A stretch of DNA of 64,000 nucleotides from an uncultured delta proteobacterium (GCA_963737905.1 CAVTUQ010000007.1:320001-384000); one strand, 5' to 3'; numbered from the stretch's first letter, positions 11,024 through 21,443 are shown. The notes: generated from the letters alone by a model not told the origin. Program-made: numbers and translations.

Positions 11024-12394
11024 ATGGACAGCATCACACGCAAAATAGCCGAGTACTCTTCTGGCGCAAGGTTAGACGACCTGACCGATGAGAGCGTGCA
11101 TGCCGCGACGCAGCGGCTGATCGATTCTCTTGGCTGTGCGGTCGGGGCTTATGACTGTGAGCCGGCGCAGATCGGCAGGCGATTGGCAGCCGGTCAAGTC
11201 CCGGGCAAGTATCCGGGCTACGTTCTCTGTTTCGGGGACCGGTTGCCGGCGGAGGCTGCAACCTTTATCAATTCGGCGATGATTCGGAATTTCGATTTCA
11301 ACGACCGCTATCCGGGAGGACATCCGAGCGACTGCCTGGGTGCGCTGCTGGCGCTGGCGGGCGCCATGAACGTGGACGGCAAACGCTTTCTTTCGAGCAT
11401 GATCGTCGTATATGAAATTTTTGCCCGGTTGAGCGACGCGACGACGCTTAGCCGGCGCGGATGGGATCAAGGTTACGCGATCGGCATAGCCACAGCGGCG
11501 GGAGTATGTAACCTGTTGAAGCTTTCCATCGATACTACGGCACACGCCGTGGGCATTGCCGCTGCTTCTAATCTTCCGCTCCGCGTCACTCGATCGGGAG
11601 AGCTCACCGCTTGGAAAAATGTCGCTACCGCTTATGCCGCGCGCAATGGATTGTTCGCTGCCTTGCTCGCCGCCGAAGGTATGCCAGGACCGGGCAACGC
11701 TTTTGACGGAAGGAACGGTCTTTGGGAAAAAGTCACCGGCCCATTTGAATTGGCGCCGTTCCCTAACGAGGGCGGTGCGTACCTGACGCGGAGAGTTCAA
11801 CTGAAATATTTGCCCATCGAAACCAATGGACAAGCCGCCGTGTGGGCGGCTCTAGAGCTGCGGTCGAAGGTCAAACCGAGCGAGCTCAAAGAGATTGAAG
11901 TTCTCACTTCCAAGTTTACGTGGTTCGAAATCGGCAGCGAGCCTGAGAAATGGGACCCCCAGACACGCGAGACAGCAGACCACAGCCTTCCCTACATTTT
12001 TGCCAGAGCCCTGGTTGACGGACCGATCCGCATTAGTTCCTTCAATGACGAAGCGGTCCGCGATGCTTCGCTTAGGCCGCTTATGGCAAAAATCAAAGTT
12101 ATTCCGGACGAGCCTATCGAAGCTTTGTTGCCTGAGAAAACCGTGATCAGAGTCATGGCGACTACGATTGATGAAGCGCGCCATTCCGTCGAAATTGTTA
12201 ACCCGCTGGGCCACCCCGAGAATCCGATGCAGGATCGGCATATCGAAGAAAAGTTTATCGCGCTCGTCGAACCGGTCCTCGGGCAAAAGCGCTGCCGGAC
12301 CGCGCTCGACCGCTGGTGGCGAGTCCGAGACGTGGGGGATATGAGCCAACTCATTCAAACCCTCGACCTAGAAACCGTAGAGCGCAATACCTGA
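11024..12394 (+). CDS. MmgE/PrpD family protein
   Basis: DFNDRY-GGHPSD, TADHSLPY, PLGHPENP motifs. Confidence 0.9.
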   Translation: MDSITRKIAEYSSGARLDDLTDESVHAATQRLIDSLGCAVGAYDCEPAQIGRRLAAGQVPGKYPGYVLCFGDRLPAEAATFINSAMIRNFDFNDRYPGGHPSDCLGALLALAGAMNVDGKRFLSSMIVVYEIFARLSDATTLSRRGWDQGYAIGIATAAGVCNLLKLSIDTTAHAVGIAAASNLPLRVTRSGELTAWKNVATAYAARNGLFAALLAAEGMPGPGNAFDGRNGLWEKVTGPFELAPFPNEGGAYLTRRVQLKYLPIETNGQAAVWAALELRSKVKPSELKEIEVLTSKFTWFEIGSEPEKWDPQTRETADHSLPYIFARALVDGPIRISSFNDEAVRDASLRPLMAKIKVIPDEPIEALLPEKTVIRVMATTIDEARHSVEIVNPLGHPENPMQDRHIEEKFIALVEPVLGQKRCRTALDRWWRVRDVGDMSQLIQTLDLETVERNT

Positions 12395-12460
12395 TCCTCA
12401 CGCGCGCACACTTTCAGTCAAAAGCTGATTGGTTTTCGTGAGTCCCAAGAGATCTAGGTC

Positions 12461-13684
12461 GTGAGCCGGCTTTCTTACTCCTATCACGTTCCTCTAGCCG
12501 TACCTTATTGGAACGGGGCAACTTATAGAGGTGTCCTTCGATCGTTCTTATCGGGACGGATTGTTAACGGGCCGGATCTTACCCAGCTGAGAACTGCCGT
12601 GCTCAAAAGACTCGGCGTCGAAGACGCGCTCCTCTGCGGGTCGGGAAGTTTGGCCCTCGAAATTGCTTTGCGGGCATCCGGTGTTGGCAAGGGCGACGAA
12701 GTGGTGATTCCCACCTTTTGTTGCACCAGTGTCGTACCGCCCATTTTAGCCGTTGGCGCGCATCCCGTTCTGGCGGACGTCGGCGAGGAGCTAAACATCA
12801 CCCCTAAGACAGTCGAATTGACACTCACCGAGAAAACCAAAGCCATTATCGTCCCGCACCTTTTTGGCAACCCAGCGGACATCAACGCGATCGTAGAATT
12901 CGTTCGCGGCCGGAACATTCGGGTCATCGACGATGCCGCTCAGGCTTTGGGCGCGACCATCGATGGCCGGCCGGTGGGCGGCTTCGGCGACGCGGGGATT
13001 TTGAGTTTCGGCAGTGAAAAGATTTGTTTTGGTCTTGGTGGGGGCGTGCTCGTTTCTGGAAAGAAGGGATTTCTTAACGGCAGTTCGAATATTGACTTGC
13101 CACCAGCCCGGCCTTTCCCTACGCTGTGGGGTTTTTTTTCGACTGTTACTTGGCGACGTTGGCGGCGCTGGACGCTTCCCGCGCAGGCGTGGTTGTCCCA
13201 TGCGGAGACCATCGGTCCCGAGTCGCCCCCGAATCCATATCGGCAAGAGATTTTATCTAATCTCAACGCCGCAGTGGCCTTGAGTCTCATGCAAACACTG
13301 GACGAGAACATCGCCGCGCGCCGCGCGCGCGTCAGAGCCTATCAGGAGTTGCTCGGTGCCGAGAAACGCTTATCTCTCATATCGCATCGATCGGGATCGG
13401 CGTGCCTGACCCAGGTTATTCGTGTCTTCCCTCAACGCTGCGGCGATGATCTGTCCGGGCATCTCATCGGGACACTCCGCCGCGCGGGTTACGAAGTTCA
13501 AGGAAGCTATGTTCCGATCCATCTTCTCTCTTCCTATGAACCATGGGTGCGCGAACGTCTTCCGCATACGGAACGAGTCTGGAGCGATTTGATCGAGCTC
13601 CCTTGTGAGCCTGGCGTGAGCTTCGCACACGTAGAGCGGATCGCTGCCATCGTTAAGCAGGTTCTCGGGCGCCAGTGCTCGTAG
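12461..13684 (+). CDS. DegT/DnrJ/EryC1/StrS family PLP aminotransferase
   Basis: GDEVVIP, PHLFGNPAD, DDAAQALG, SFGSEK motifs. Confidence 0.85.
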   Translation: MSRLSYSYHVPLAVPYWNGATYRGVLRSFLSGRIVNGPDLTQLRTAVLKRLGVEDALLCGSGSLALEIALRASGVGKGDEVVIPTFCCTSVVPPILAVGAHPVLADVGEELNITPKTVELTLTEKTKAIIVPHLFGNPADINAIVEFVRGRNIRVIDDAAQALGATIDGRPVGGFGDAGILSFGSEKICFGLGGGVLVSGKKGFLNGSSNIDLPPARPFPTLWGFFSTVTWRRWRRWTLPAQAWLSHAETIGPESPPNPYRQEILSNLNAAVALSLMQTLDENIAARRARVRAYQELLGAEKRLSLISHRSGSACLTQVIRVFPQRCGDDLSGHLIGTLRRAGYEVQGSYVPIHLLSSYEPWVRERLPHTERVWSDLIELPCEPGVSFAHVERIAAIVKQVLGRQCS

Positions 13685-13922
13685 ACGGAACCCGCACAGC
13701 TTGACTTCGAAGACTCCTCTTCCGATTTTACGCCCAGCTACCTTCGGTTGGCGAAGTTCGCGGCTTTGGCCTTTTCTATCGTTTTTCCATGTGCTAAAAA
13801 TTCAGAAGATGTGAGCCATTGCCTTTCGACGGATTCGGAATCTATCGTGAGTCCGAATCTCGCCGGAGCATTCATAGTCGACTTCAGTCGCTGTGACATC
13901 TTCGATCACTTGCCTTTGAGTA

Positions 13923-14228
13923 TTGAAACTTCCATTCCAAGCCCGGAAAAAAATCAAGCACAAAGCAGGTCTGTTGATTTTTTGCCTTTGTGTTTTTGGT
14001 TGCGGTAAACAGAGCGCCCACTTGAAATGGGAAGATACCAGCGACACCGAAGCAGGATTTAGAATTTATAGGATTACAGCTAAGGATACGACAAAGATCG
14101 ACGAGGTGGGGCCCAACGTCACTAACTATGTCGATAAAGACGCGCCTCCAGGAGCTTGTTATGCGGTGAGCGCTTTTAATTCCGCTGGAGAGTCTTCTCC
14201 CTCCAATACGGCGTGTCTCGCGGACTAA
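13923..14228 (+). CDS. Small lipoprotein with fibronectin type III-like domain
   Basis: Lipobox VFGC; LKWEDTSDTEAGFRIYR...YAVSAFNSAGES. Confidence 0.7.
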   Translation: MKLPFQARKKIKHKAGLLIFCLCVFGCGKQSAHLKWEDTSDTEAGFRIYRITAKDTTKIDEVGPNVTNYVDKDAPPGACYAVSAFNSAGESSPSNTACLAD

Positions 14229-14339
14229 CACCGGCTGTTATCACGACAGCGGTCAATAGAAAACAATTGTCTTATGTGATAGGGGTACGAGAATCCCACC
14301 GGGGGTTGTTTTGCAGAGTTTCCAGCGGGAGAAAAGCTT

Positions 14340-15080
14340 ATGGGAATTTCAAGCGAGCAGTTCGTTAAAGAGATTCAGCAAATGGTGCGAAGAAAGCACT
14401 CCAAGGACCATCCGATCATCGGCCTGATCGAGGACGGCAAGCTGGACCGGGGACAACTGAAAGGGTTTGTCGGGCAGTTCTATCTTTTTTTTCCGAAACC
14501 GTTTCCCAAGCCCATCGCGGCTATGCTGAGCCGGTGTCCGGATGATCCGGAACTCGAGAAGATGTGGATCGAGAATGTGGTGGAGGAGGGGACAGGGGAG
14601 ATCACGGGCACCGATAGTCACAAAGGACTGTTCATTCGTTTCGCGAACGCCTGCGGATACGGTAAGGAGGAATTGGACCGGGTGGAACCCTTGCCGGAGA
14701 CCGAAGCGTTTTTGGACTGGCGTGAGTTACTCATGTACCAACGCTCCTGGTTGGAGCTCTACGCATGCCAAGGATTTTGTCTCGAGGGTACCGCCAACGA
14801 ACGGATGACGCGCATCGTGAACGGGCTGACGAAATATTACGGATTCGATCGCAACTCGGAAGATATCCGTTATTGGACCTTGCATATGGGAGTGGACGAA
14901 GAGCACATGAAAGTCGGGCCACTGGCGGTGGAGCGATATGCGGTAACGGAGCCGCAACAAGCCCAAGTCCGGGCGTCCGTGCAGAAGACACTGGACCAGT
15001 TTTGGCTGGCATTTGACGGAATCAAGCGCGCGTTTGTCGACAAAGATCCACTCTACGCCAGGTGGCGCAACGGAAACTAA
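14340..15080 (+). CDS. Heme-oxygenase-like diiron protein (PqqC/TenA/CADD superfamily)
   Basis: ENVVEEG...SH, LEG, HMGVDEEH (H-x3-D-x2-H) ligand pattern. Confidence 0.8.
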   Translation: MGISSEQFVKEIQQMVRRKHSKDHPIIGLIEDGKLDRGQLKGFVGQFYLFFPKPFPKPIAAMLSRCPDDPELEKMWIENVVEEGTGEITGTDSHKGLFIRFANACGYGKEELDRVEPLPETEAFLDWRELLMYQRSWLELYACQGFCLEGTANERMTRIVNGLTKYYGFDRNSEDIRYWTLHMGVDEEHMKVGPLAVERYAVTEPQQAQVRASVQKTLDQFWLAFDGIKRAFVDKDPLYARWRNGN

Positions 15081-15093
15081 GGAGGATTTTTCC

Positions 15094-15750
15094 ATGGAAA
15101 TGGTTGATCTCTCGCGGGTGATCTATGACGGAATGCCAAAGATCCCGATTCTTCCTGAAGTTCATGTGCAGAAGTTTTTAAGCTTGGAAAAGGGTCATCC
15201 TTTAAATGTAACCGAGCTTTCTTTGCCTTGCCACGCGGGGACTCACGTCGATGCGCCGATTCACATCGTGCCCAACGGCAAATCCATCGAAGAGCTGCCG
15301 CTCGATGCTTTTGTCGGGACGGGCGCGGTCATCGGCGTGAAAAAGAAGGGCGGGGAAGAGGTCACGGCCAAGGATCTGGAGAGTTCAGGCGTGCCGGTCA
15401 ATCGCGGTGACATTCTGATGCTCTATACCGGTTGGGACGAAAAGTTCGATAGCCCGGACTACAACCTGCATCCCTACCTCTCCGTAGATGCCGCGGAATG
15501 GATGGTCAAAAAAGGGATCAAGATGTTCGGCATCGACTGCATTACGGTTGACCTTCCGACGCCGCTTCGGCCGAAGGGATTTGATTTCCCGGTTCACCGA
15601 ATGTTACTGGGGAACAATGTGCTGATCGCCGAAAACGTAACCAACTTGAGCAGTATAGTCGGCAAGAGGACCAGAATCCTGGCCCTGCCTCTGCGCGTGA
15701 AGGGCAGCGATGCCGGCCATGCCAGGATTGTGGCGGAGGTATTGAACTAA
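15094..15750 (+). CDS. Cyclase family metallo-hydrolase (KynB-like)
   Basis: HAGTHVDAPIH motif; AAGGAGG upstream. Confidence 0.9.
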   Translation: MEMVDLSRVIYDGMPKIPILPEVHVQKFLSLEKGHPLNVTELSLPCHAGTHVDAPIHIVPNGKSIEELPLDAFVGTGAVIGVKKKGGEEVTAKDLESSGVPVNRGDILMLYTGWDEKFDSPDYNLHPYLSVDAAEWMVKKGIKMFGIDCITVDLPTPLRPKGFDFPVHRMLLGNNVLIAENVTNLSSIVGKRTRILALPLRVKGSDAGHARIVAEVLN

Positions 15751-15754
15751 CATC

Positions 15755-16723
15755 ATGGCGCTGACTAAACCCATCAAAGGCATTATCGGAGCTTGCCTTA
15801 CACCGTTCGACGAGAACGATCGGATAAATTACCAGGCGTTGGAGAAAGAAATTGATTTCATCGTTTCTGATTGCGACGCCATCACCATTGCCGCGGTAGA
15901 AGCGGCCGAATATACCATGTTGTCCCGCGATGAGCGGAAGGAAATACTGCGCATTGCCACTGAAATGGTCAACAAGCGCGTGCCGGTCATTCTTGGTTGC
16001 TCGAGCCCGTCTCCTAGAGAGGTCATCGAATTGGCGGAATACTCTGCGAAGGTGGGCGGGGATCTGGTGCAAGTCCTGATGCCGCTTCGGCCCTGGGGAG
16101 GCCAGCCGACGATCGCCGAGTTGATGGAATTCTATACTCAAGTCGCCTCCGCAAGCCCGCTGCCGGTGACCTGTTACCACAACCCGGGACCCGGCGCAGA
16201 TCCGCCGCAGGATGCCTTCGTCAAGATCAGCGAAATCGACAATATTCGTTACTTTAAGGAAAGCTCGCGGGATATTACAAAAATATCCAGATTGATTGAA
16301 CAAATCGATTTAGCCGGACGTGGCTATTATTTTACGACGATGCAACCTCTACTGGTGACTCTGATGCTCGGTGGGTCGGGTGCGACGATGCCGCCGCCGG
16401 GGACCAGAATCGGCGCGCAGATTGTCAGAGCCTTCAGGGCAGGGGATCTCGATACGGCACGCTTCTGGGCGCGCTGCTATGCGCTATTTCCGGGAAAATG
16501 GGCAGCCTACGGTTTACCGCCTGTGATGAAATCGGCGATGAAACATTTTGGTATCGACATCGGAAATCCGTGCCGGCCTTATGCCCCCGTTAGCCCCCGT
16601 GACCATGCACAGATCGGGCAATTTCTCCAACAAGTGGGTCTCATTGGCGAAGCGGGACCGACACCTCAAGCATTGTTGGATGCGGGTGAGAAGCTTCGCC
16701 AGGAAGATACCTTCCTTCGTTAG
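15755..16723 (+). CDS. DHDPS/NAL-family aldolase-like protein
   Basis: LTPFDENDRIN, YHNP, FKESS motifs. Confidence 0.85.
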   Translation: MALTKPIKGIIGACLTPFDENDRINYQALEKEIDFIVSDCDAITIAAVEAAEYTMLSRDERKEILRIATEMVNKRVPVILGCSSPSPREVIELAEYSAKVGGDLVQVLMPLRPWGGQPTIAELMEFYTQVASASPLPVTCYHNPGPGADPPQDAFVKISEIDNIRYFKESSRDITKISRLIEQIDLAGRGYYFTTMQPLLVTLMLGGSGATMPPPGTRIGAQIVRAFRAGDLDTARFWARCYALFPGKWAAYGLPPVMKSAMKHFGIDIGNPCRPYAPVSPRDHAQIGQFLQQVGLIGEAGPTPQALLDAGEKLRQEDTFLR

Positions 16724-16967
16724 CGATTCGCAGCCGTCCTCCCGTTTTCGAAAACTGATTTATGGAATGGATTAAGCATCTTTCGGATAAACTATTAATT
16801 TGGTTTCTGCGCGTAACCTCGGGATTCGGCAAGGAGTTGACTCGCGACGGCAAACGGGAACAGACGGCTCTGGCGCGAACAACGGTTAAGAAACCTCAAA
16901 GGACTCGCGATTCGCTCACGCGAACGGTTCAGGGATAAGAGCACATCAGAGTCATAAATCAGCTGCC

Positions 16968-18125
16968 ATGTCTTTGCCTAACGGAAGGAAACGGATCGTT
17001 ATTCTCGGCGGCGGCTGCGGAGGCGTGGTCGCTGCTACCCATTTGGGCCGGAAACTTGGCGCCGATCACGATGTTATTCTCATCGATCGCCGGGCGGACC
17101 ATATTTTTATGCCGGCGTTCCTCTTCGTCATGCTTGGCGAGCGTCAACCCTGGGATATCAGCCGGAGCCTGAGTCATCTGCAAAAGCGCAATGTCAAAGT
17201 CATACAATCGGAGATACGAGGCATCGATCCAACCAGGCAGGAAGTTTCTCTGGAAAAAGAGAAGGTTAGTTACGATTACCTCATCGTCTCTCTAGGATTG
17301 CAGACGAGGCCGGATCTTGTGCCGGGATTTGCCGAAGCATCAATCCATCCCTGGGAGATGGACTCGGCCGTGCGTCTGCGCGATACATTGACAAGCTTTC
17401 GCGGCGGCCGGATTGTGGTTGGGGTTCCGTTGGGGCCATATCGATGCCCGCCAGCGCCTTACGAAACGCAGTGGATGCTCGACGGATATTTTCGCCAACG
17501 GGGCATTCGTGAGCGAGTCGAGATCGAATATTTCACGCGAGATCCGGAGCCGACCGGCGAGGCCCACGACCCGGTCGTCTGGATGGATACCGAGAGCAAG
17601 CGGCGCAACATAAAGCAAAATTACGAATTCGTGGTCCGAGGCATCGATCCGGAAAAGAAAATCGTAAAGGGTCTCTACAACTATAACCTGTCATACGACC
17701 TGCTGGTCATGGTGCCGCCGCACCGGCCGGCGCAGGTACTCCTCGACAGCGGGCTTGCGGAGACTGAGACCGGCATCCGCGTCGATTACGATACGCTGAA
17801 GACCAAATGGGAAAACGTTTACGCTATCGGTGACTGCGCGGACATGCCGGCTTCAAAGGCCGGCGGTGTGGCACACCAAGAGGCGGATGTACTGGCCCAT
17901 AACCTGGCTGTCGAAATCACCGGAAAAGGCAGGCCCGTCGATCTCTGGCTTCACACCATATGACTGCTCGCTTACGGCGCAGGTCGCGCCGCTGCAAATC
18001 GAACTGTTTATCCCACCGGCTGGCCGCCATTTGGCGTCACTGAACCGCGCACCTGGGGACCCTCGCGGCTTATCTATTGGGCAAAGATTGGTTTCGAGAA
18101 GTGGTGGCTGTGGCGGTATTTTTAA
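16968..18125 (+). CDS. sqr: Sulfide:quinone oxidoreductase-like flavoprotein, probable selenoprotein (UGA at 17961-17963)
   Basis: GGGCGG Rossmann motif, YRCPPAPYE, AIGDC; reading through TGA adds 53 aa ending in WAKIGFEKWWLWRYF. Confidence 0.8.
17975..17991 (+). promoter_or_regulatory. Bacterial SECIS element
   Basis: CGGCGC-AGGTC-GCGCCG hairpin starting 11 nt after the in-frame TGA. Confidence 0.8.
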
Positions 18126-18237
18126 TCATCCCACTTCTTCAGGGACACCAGTTGCGCCCCTTTGATCATCAATTTAAAAAAACCTTGTGGGAGGGGAGAA
18201 AAGTCGCAGGATTTATTAAAAAAGAGCTATTTACAAA

Positions 18238-18265
18238 AGTTGACATAATATATCTTATCAGACGT
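18238..18265 (-). other. Chromosomal dif site (XerC/XerD)
   Basis: Bottom strand ACGTCTGATAA-GATATA-TTATGTCAACT; XerD arm 9/11 to E. coli dif; gene orientation converges on this region. Confidence 0.85.
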
Positions 18266-18511
18266 TACGCTAGCGTAAGCGCCTGGACACAAATTTCGCC
18301 GTTCCAGCCAAACTTGAACGATCACTTCAAAATTTAGGCATCCGCTTTGAAATAGTCGAGCGCGTGAAAAAGCGCGACGACGACATCCCATCCACTCGCG
18401 ATCTACAAATCTTCAAATTAGAGCGCGAAGTCGCCGAGCTTAAAGACAATCGCAAAAACTTAAATTACAATCGGACTCTACCAGGGTCAGCGGGAATCTC
18501 AGACCGAGCTT

Positions 18512-18877
18512 AAAGCCATCGGTCTCGCCGTTGATGCGGGCACAGGTTTTGTACCAGTGGGCGGAGTGGTACGACAGTTTGCAAAAGGTGTTCAACGCGG
18601 AGCAGCAGCCGGCGAAGCCATGGCAGCAGCCAAGACAGCAGCGACGGCGGTCAAAGAAGCGACAGAGAAGAATGCTGACACGTTGATTCAAGATGCCATT
18701 GCGAAGGGGATGAAGACTGAAGGCGTTAAGTTCCCGATGCGGTGGAAAGATATTCCTGTAGATGTAGCAGAAGAGTTTGCGAAAACGGCCATCTATCCTG
18801 CTGGGTTGTCAGCAAGCGGATAAAGCAAAAATCCTTGCGACCCGTAGTAAAGCAGGTCCAGTAGAAAGCATTATTCA
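18512..18877 (+). repeat. Copy 1 of ~360-bp direct repeat (fragment of an Ala/Gly-rich, possibly phage-like gene)
   Basis: Near identical to 26998-27351. Confidence 0.9.
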
Positions 18878-18978
18878 ACAACCGCAAAAACTGACGCCGC
18901 GAGAAGAGTTCACCAGAGCAGGTCGATTCATTACCGATGAGCCGGACTACGAACCGCCTTGCCACTACCCTTTACGTC

Positions 18979-19084
18979 GTAGGATTGAAATATACGACGC
19001 TTCAGCGCAATTTGGGTTCAAACCCCGCGGGGCATTCCAATTGTTTTAAATTCAGACTGAATCACTACCCGCAGTCCCGCTCGT
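18979..19084 (+). repeat. Module copy M0 (palindrome half plus start of leader, truncated)
   Basis: Collinear with 33259-33366. Confidence 0.85.
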
Positions 19085-19152
19085 CGCAAAAGCGCCGGAC
19101 CTCATGGCTGCGCATTCTTCAGGTGCCTAACGTTACTTCACATAAAAGCAGG

Positions 19153-19554
19153 CTACGACGTGCGGCCCCAAGCCTGCGCCTCAATCTTCCAGACGCCATC
19201 GTGATTGGCGAACGTGTACGCAAGGGTACCTGTGCGAACGACGGACTGGCCCTTGATCGTGACAGCGAGAGTCCCTGATATGACTGCATAGGCGGACGAG
19301 CCCTCGACATTCCAGAAGCCCATCTCGTAGGAGAGGTGCTCGTGGGTCACGCCAAGGTCCTCACGCCATTTCGCTACGTCAGCAAGCCAATTGGCCGGAG
19401 CATTTGGGTTCAACCAGCGATAGGGCGCAATGCCGTCGATGATGATCGCGGTGTCCCCGAAAACGCTGAGGAAAAGATCGCTGTCTTGGGTGTTGAAGCC
19501 GTTGATGTGGGCGTCGATTAGAGTCTGGATTCCACCCGGTGGGTTGCTCGTCAT
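19153..19554 (-). CDS. SnoaL/NTF2-like protein
   Basis: GGAGG before MTSNPP; DTAIIIDGIAPYRW, WKIEAQAW. Confidence 0.8.
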   Translation of the reverse strand: MTSNPPGGIQTLIDAHINGFNTQDSDLFLSVFGDTAIIIDGIAPYRWLNPNAPANWLADVAKWREDLGVTHEHLSYEMGFWNVEGSSAYAVISGTLAVTIKGQSVVRTGTLAYTFANHDGVWKIEAQAWGRTS

Positions 19555-19581
19555 GGTAATCCTCCACTGCCGGTAGGCAGC

Positions 19582-19795
19582 TAGTGTCCTGACCCCGAAG
19601 AAAATGAAATAAATAGCACGGTCCACTCGTTTACAGGGAGGCGAGCATGCCACTGGGACGCCCGAAGGTCGCGCTGATTCTGACGGACGACGAGCGCGTA
19701 CGAGTCGACTCGTTGGCTCATCGGTCCCGCACGGCGCCGCGCCTGGCACGTCGGGCGCGGATCATTTCTCGCGTGCGCCGAGGGCTGGGACAGCA
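19582..19795 (+). mobile_element. IS630-family remnant (left end and transposase N-terminus)
   Basis: TA followed by GTGTCCTG; MPLGRPKVALILTDDER...ARRARII. Confidence 0.75.
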
Positions 19796-20034
19796 CATTG
19801 ATTCAAGGACAACTCGAAGCTTCATGCTCCCTCCATCCTGAAACGTTACGCCTCTGGGGCAGAAACAGCAAACTAACCATTGAGTATACTGACCAGTATA
19901 TTACAGAGCCCCAAGTCAGACTGAATCATTATTCAACAGTCCCGCTCGTGGACTCTCAATGTCAGGGAGTAGGTCTACAAGTTTTAAAGGACATTTTGCA
20001 CCTTGAATCATGATTCTTAATCATTTACTTAACA

Positions 20035-20278
20035 ATGAAAATGAAGGCGGAAGAGCTTTACGAATTGCGCAATGCTGCGAGCGTTACACAAGTGGAACTT
20101 GCAGCTCCATCTCGGCGTGGATCGTCGCACCGTGGGACGGTGGGAGAATGGTCAAATCAAAATCCCTTGCGCTTCGGTTATCGCGATTCGAGCGCTCCTA
20201 CTCCCCTGCCCTACTGATGCAGCGTGGCGCTGCTGGCTCTCCGCTGAACTAGCAAAGAAGACCAGAGCTAGGCCGTGA
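20035..20278 (+). pseudogene. XRE-family HTH protein, copy 1 (1-bp insertion near 20107)
   Basis: GCAGCTCCATC versus GCAGCTCATC in intact copy 23006..23248. Confidence 0.8.
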
Positions 20279-20517
20279 GCCACAAGCAAGTCAAGGTAAC
20301 GCGAACAATTTCAGATGATATCATCCTTCAGATTGTGGAGAATGGACAGATTAAAGAACAGACGACACTGTCCTGGTCGGAAGTCATCTATTTGGTTGTG
20401 GACATGCTTGCGCTATGGCGAGCGTTGCCTCTGCTCGTGCCGGTGGGTGACTACCTGGAGCAGATCTGTGATTTTTGGGAAGGAATATGCGAGCCGGTTA
20501 TCCACTACCTGATTTAA
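20275..20517 (+). CDS. Hypothetical 80-aa protein ORF80, copy 1
   Basis: GTGA overlap with HTH gene; same length and frame as copy 2. Confidence 0.7.
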   Translation: MSHKQVKVTRTISDDIILQIVENGQIKEQTTLSWSEVIYLVVDMLALWRALPLLVPVGDYLEQICDFWEGICEPVIHYLI

Positions 20518-20588
20518 CTTCTGTAAACTAGACGGGGGTCGCGGTTTGTTTGGTTGGGATGGCTATTATTATGCTTGCCTGGTCATGC

Positions 20589-21227
20589 CTAGGGTGTTAA
20601 TCCAGGATGCTCCCTAAGCGCACGTAGCTCTGCCAGAGACTCATAGAGTATAGTAAACGCGCTCTTCAAGAATAACGTAGCAATTGCGACTCCAACTATT
20701 ATGTCGGGCCAAGAAGAGGCAAAAAACGTTACACCTCCAGCGGCTACTAGCACCGCTAAATTTGCAATAATATCGTTACGCGAGCATAGCCATGTAGAAC
20801 GCATGTTAAGGTCATCGGCGCGATGGCGAAAAAGCAACAGGAAGCAAATACCATTACCCAGCAAAACTAGCACTCCGATAATGCCCATCGTCTCAGCGTT
20901 CGGTACAACCCCTAGCATCACTTTGTGAATGCCTTGTGCCAGGACTGCTAGTCCGAATGCGGCCATGATGATGCCTTTTACAATTGCAGCAGTCGCCTTC
21001 CACTTCAGGCTACGCCACAGGACATACAGGCTGAATCCGTACACAAGTGCATCGCCGAGCATATCGAGTGAGTCGGCGAGGAGCGCCGTCGAATGTGCGA
21101 TCAATCCAGCGGCCGCCTCCACGATGAACAGGACTGCATTGATGGCCAAGACGATAATGAGAATCTTCTTGTGTTCATTGCGCAACGCGCTCAATTCTTC
21201 TGCTTTTGTCTCGCAACAGGAGTCCAT
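20589..21227 (-). CDS. Cation diffusion facilitator (Co/Zn/Cd efflux) membrane domain protein
   Basis: STALLADSLDMLGD and DLNMRSTWLCSRND motifs. Confidence 0.9.
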   Translation of the reverse strand: MDSCCETKAEELSALRNEHKKILIIVLAINAVLFIVEAAAGLIAHSTALLADSLDMLGDALVYGFSLYVLWRSLKWKATAAIVKGIIMAAFGLAVLAQGIHKVMLGVVPNAETMGIIGVLVLLGNGICFLLLFRHRADDLNMRSTWLCSRNDIIANLAVLVAAGGVTFFASSWPDIIVGVAIATLFLKSAFTILYESLAELRALREHPGLTP

Positions 21228-21443
21228 TTCATTTCTAATGTTACCAATTCAATACTATTGTTGCCAGAATATGCGCGAGTGCAGTGACATGACTGCTACC
21301 GAGCGACAGGACATCGAATTGGAGATGTCCGCTGAGAGTTCCGTCTCAAAAATCGTTCGGCGAGACTTCTCAAATAAAACGAAGCAGGACGAAGTTGATC
21401 GACAACGCAAACTTGTAACCGTTCAAAACGCTCAATAAGGAGA

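Larger units (their letters stand above)
19913..20533 (+). repeat. Module copy M1 (leader, HTH, ORF80, end sequence with XerD-like arm)
   Basis: Highly similar to 22910-23487; ends in TTCTGTAAACTAGAC. Confidence 0.9.
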
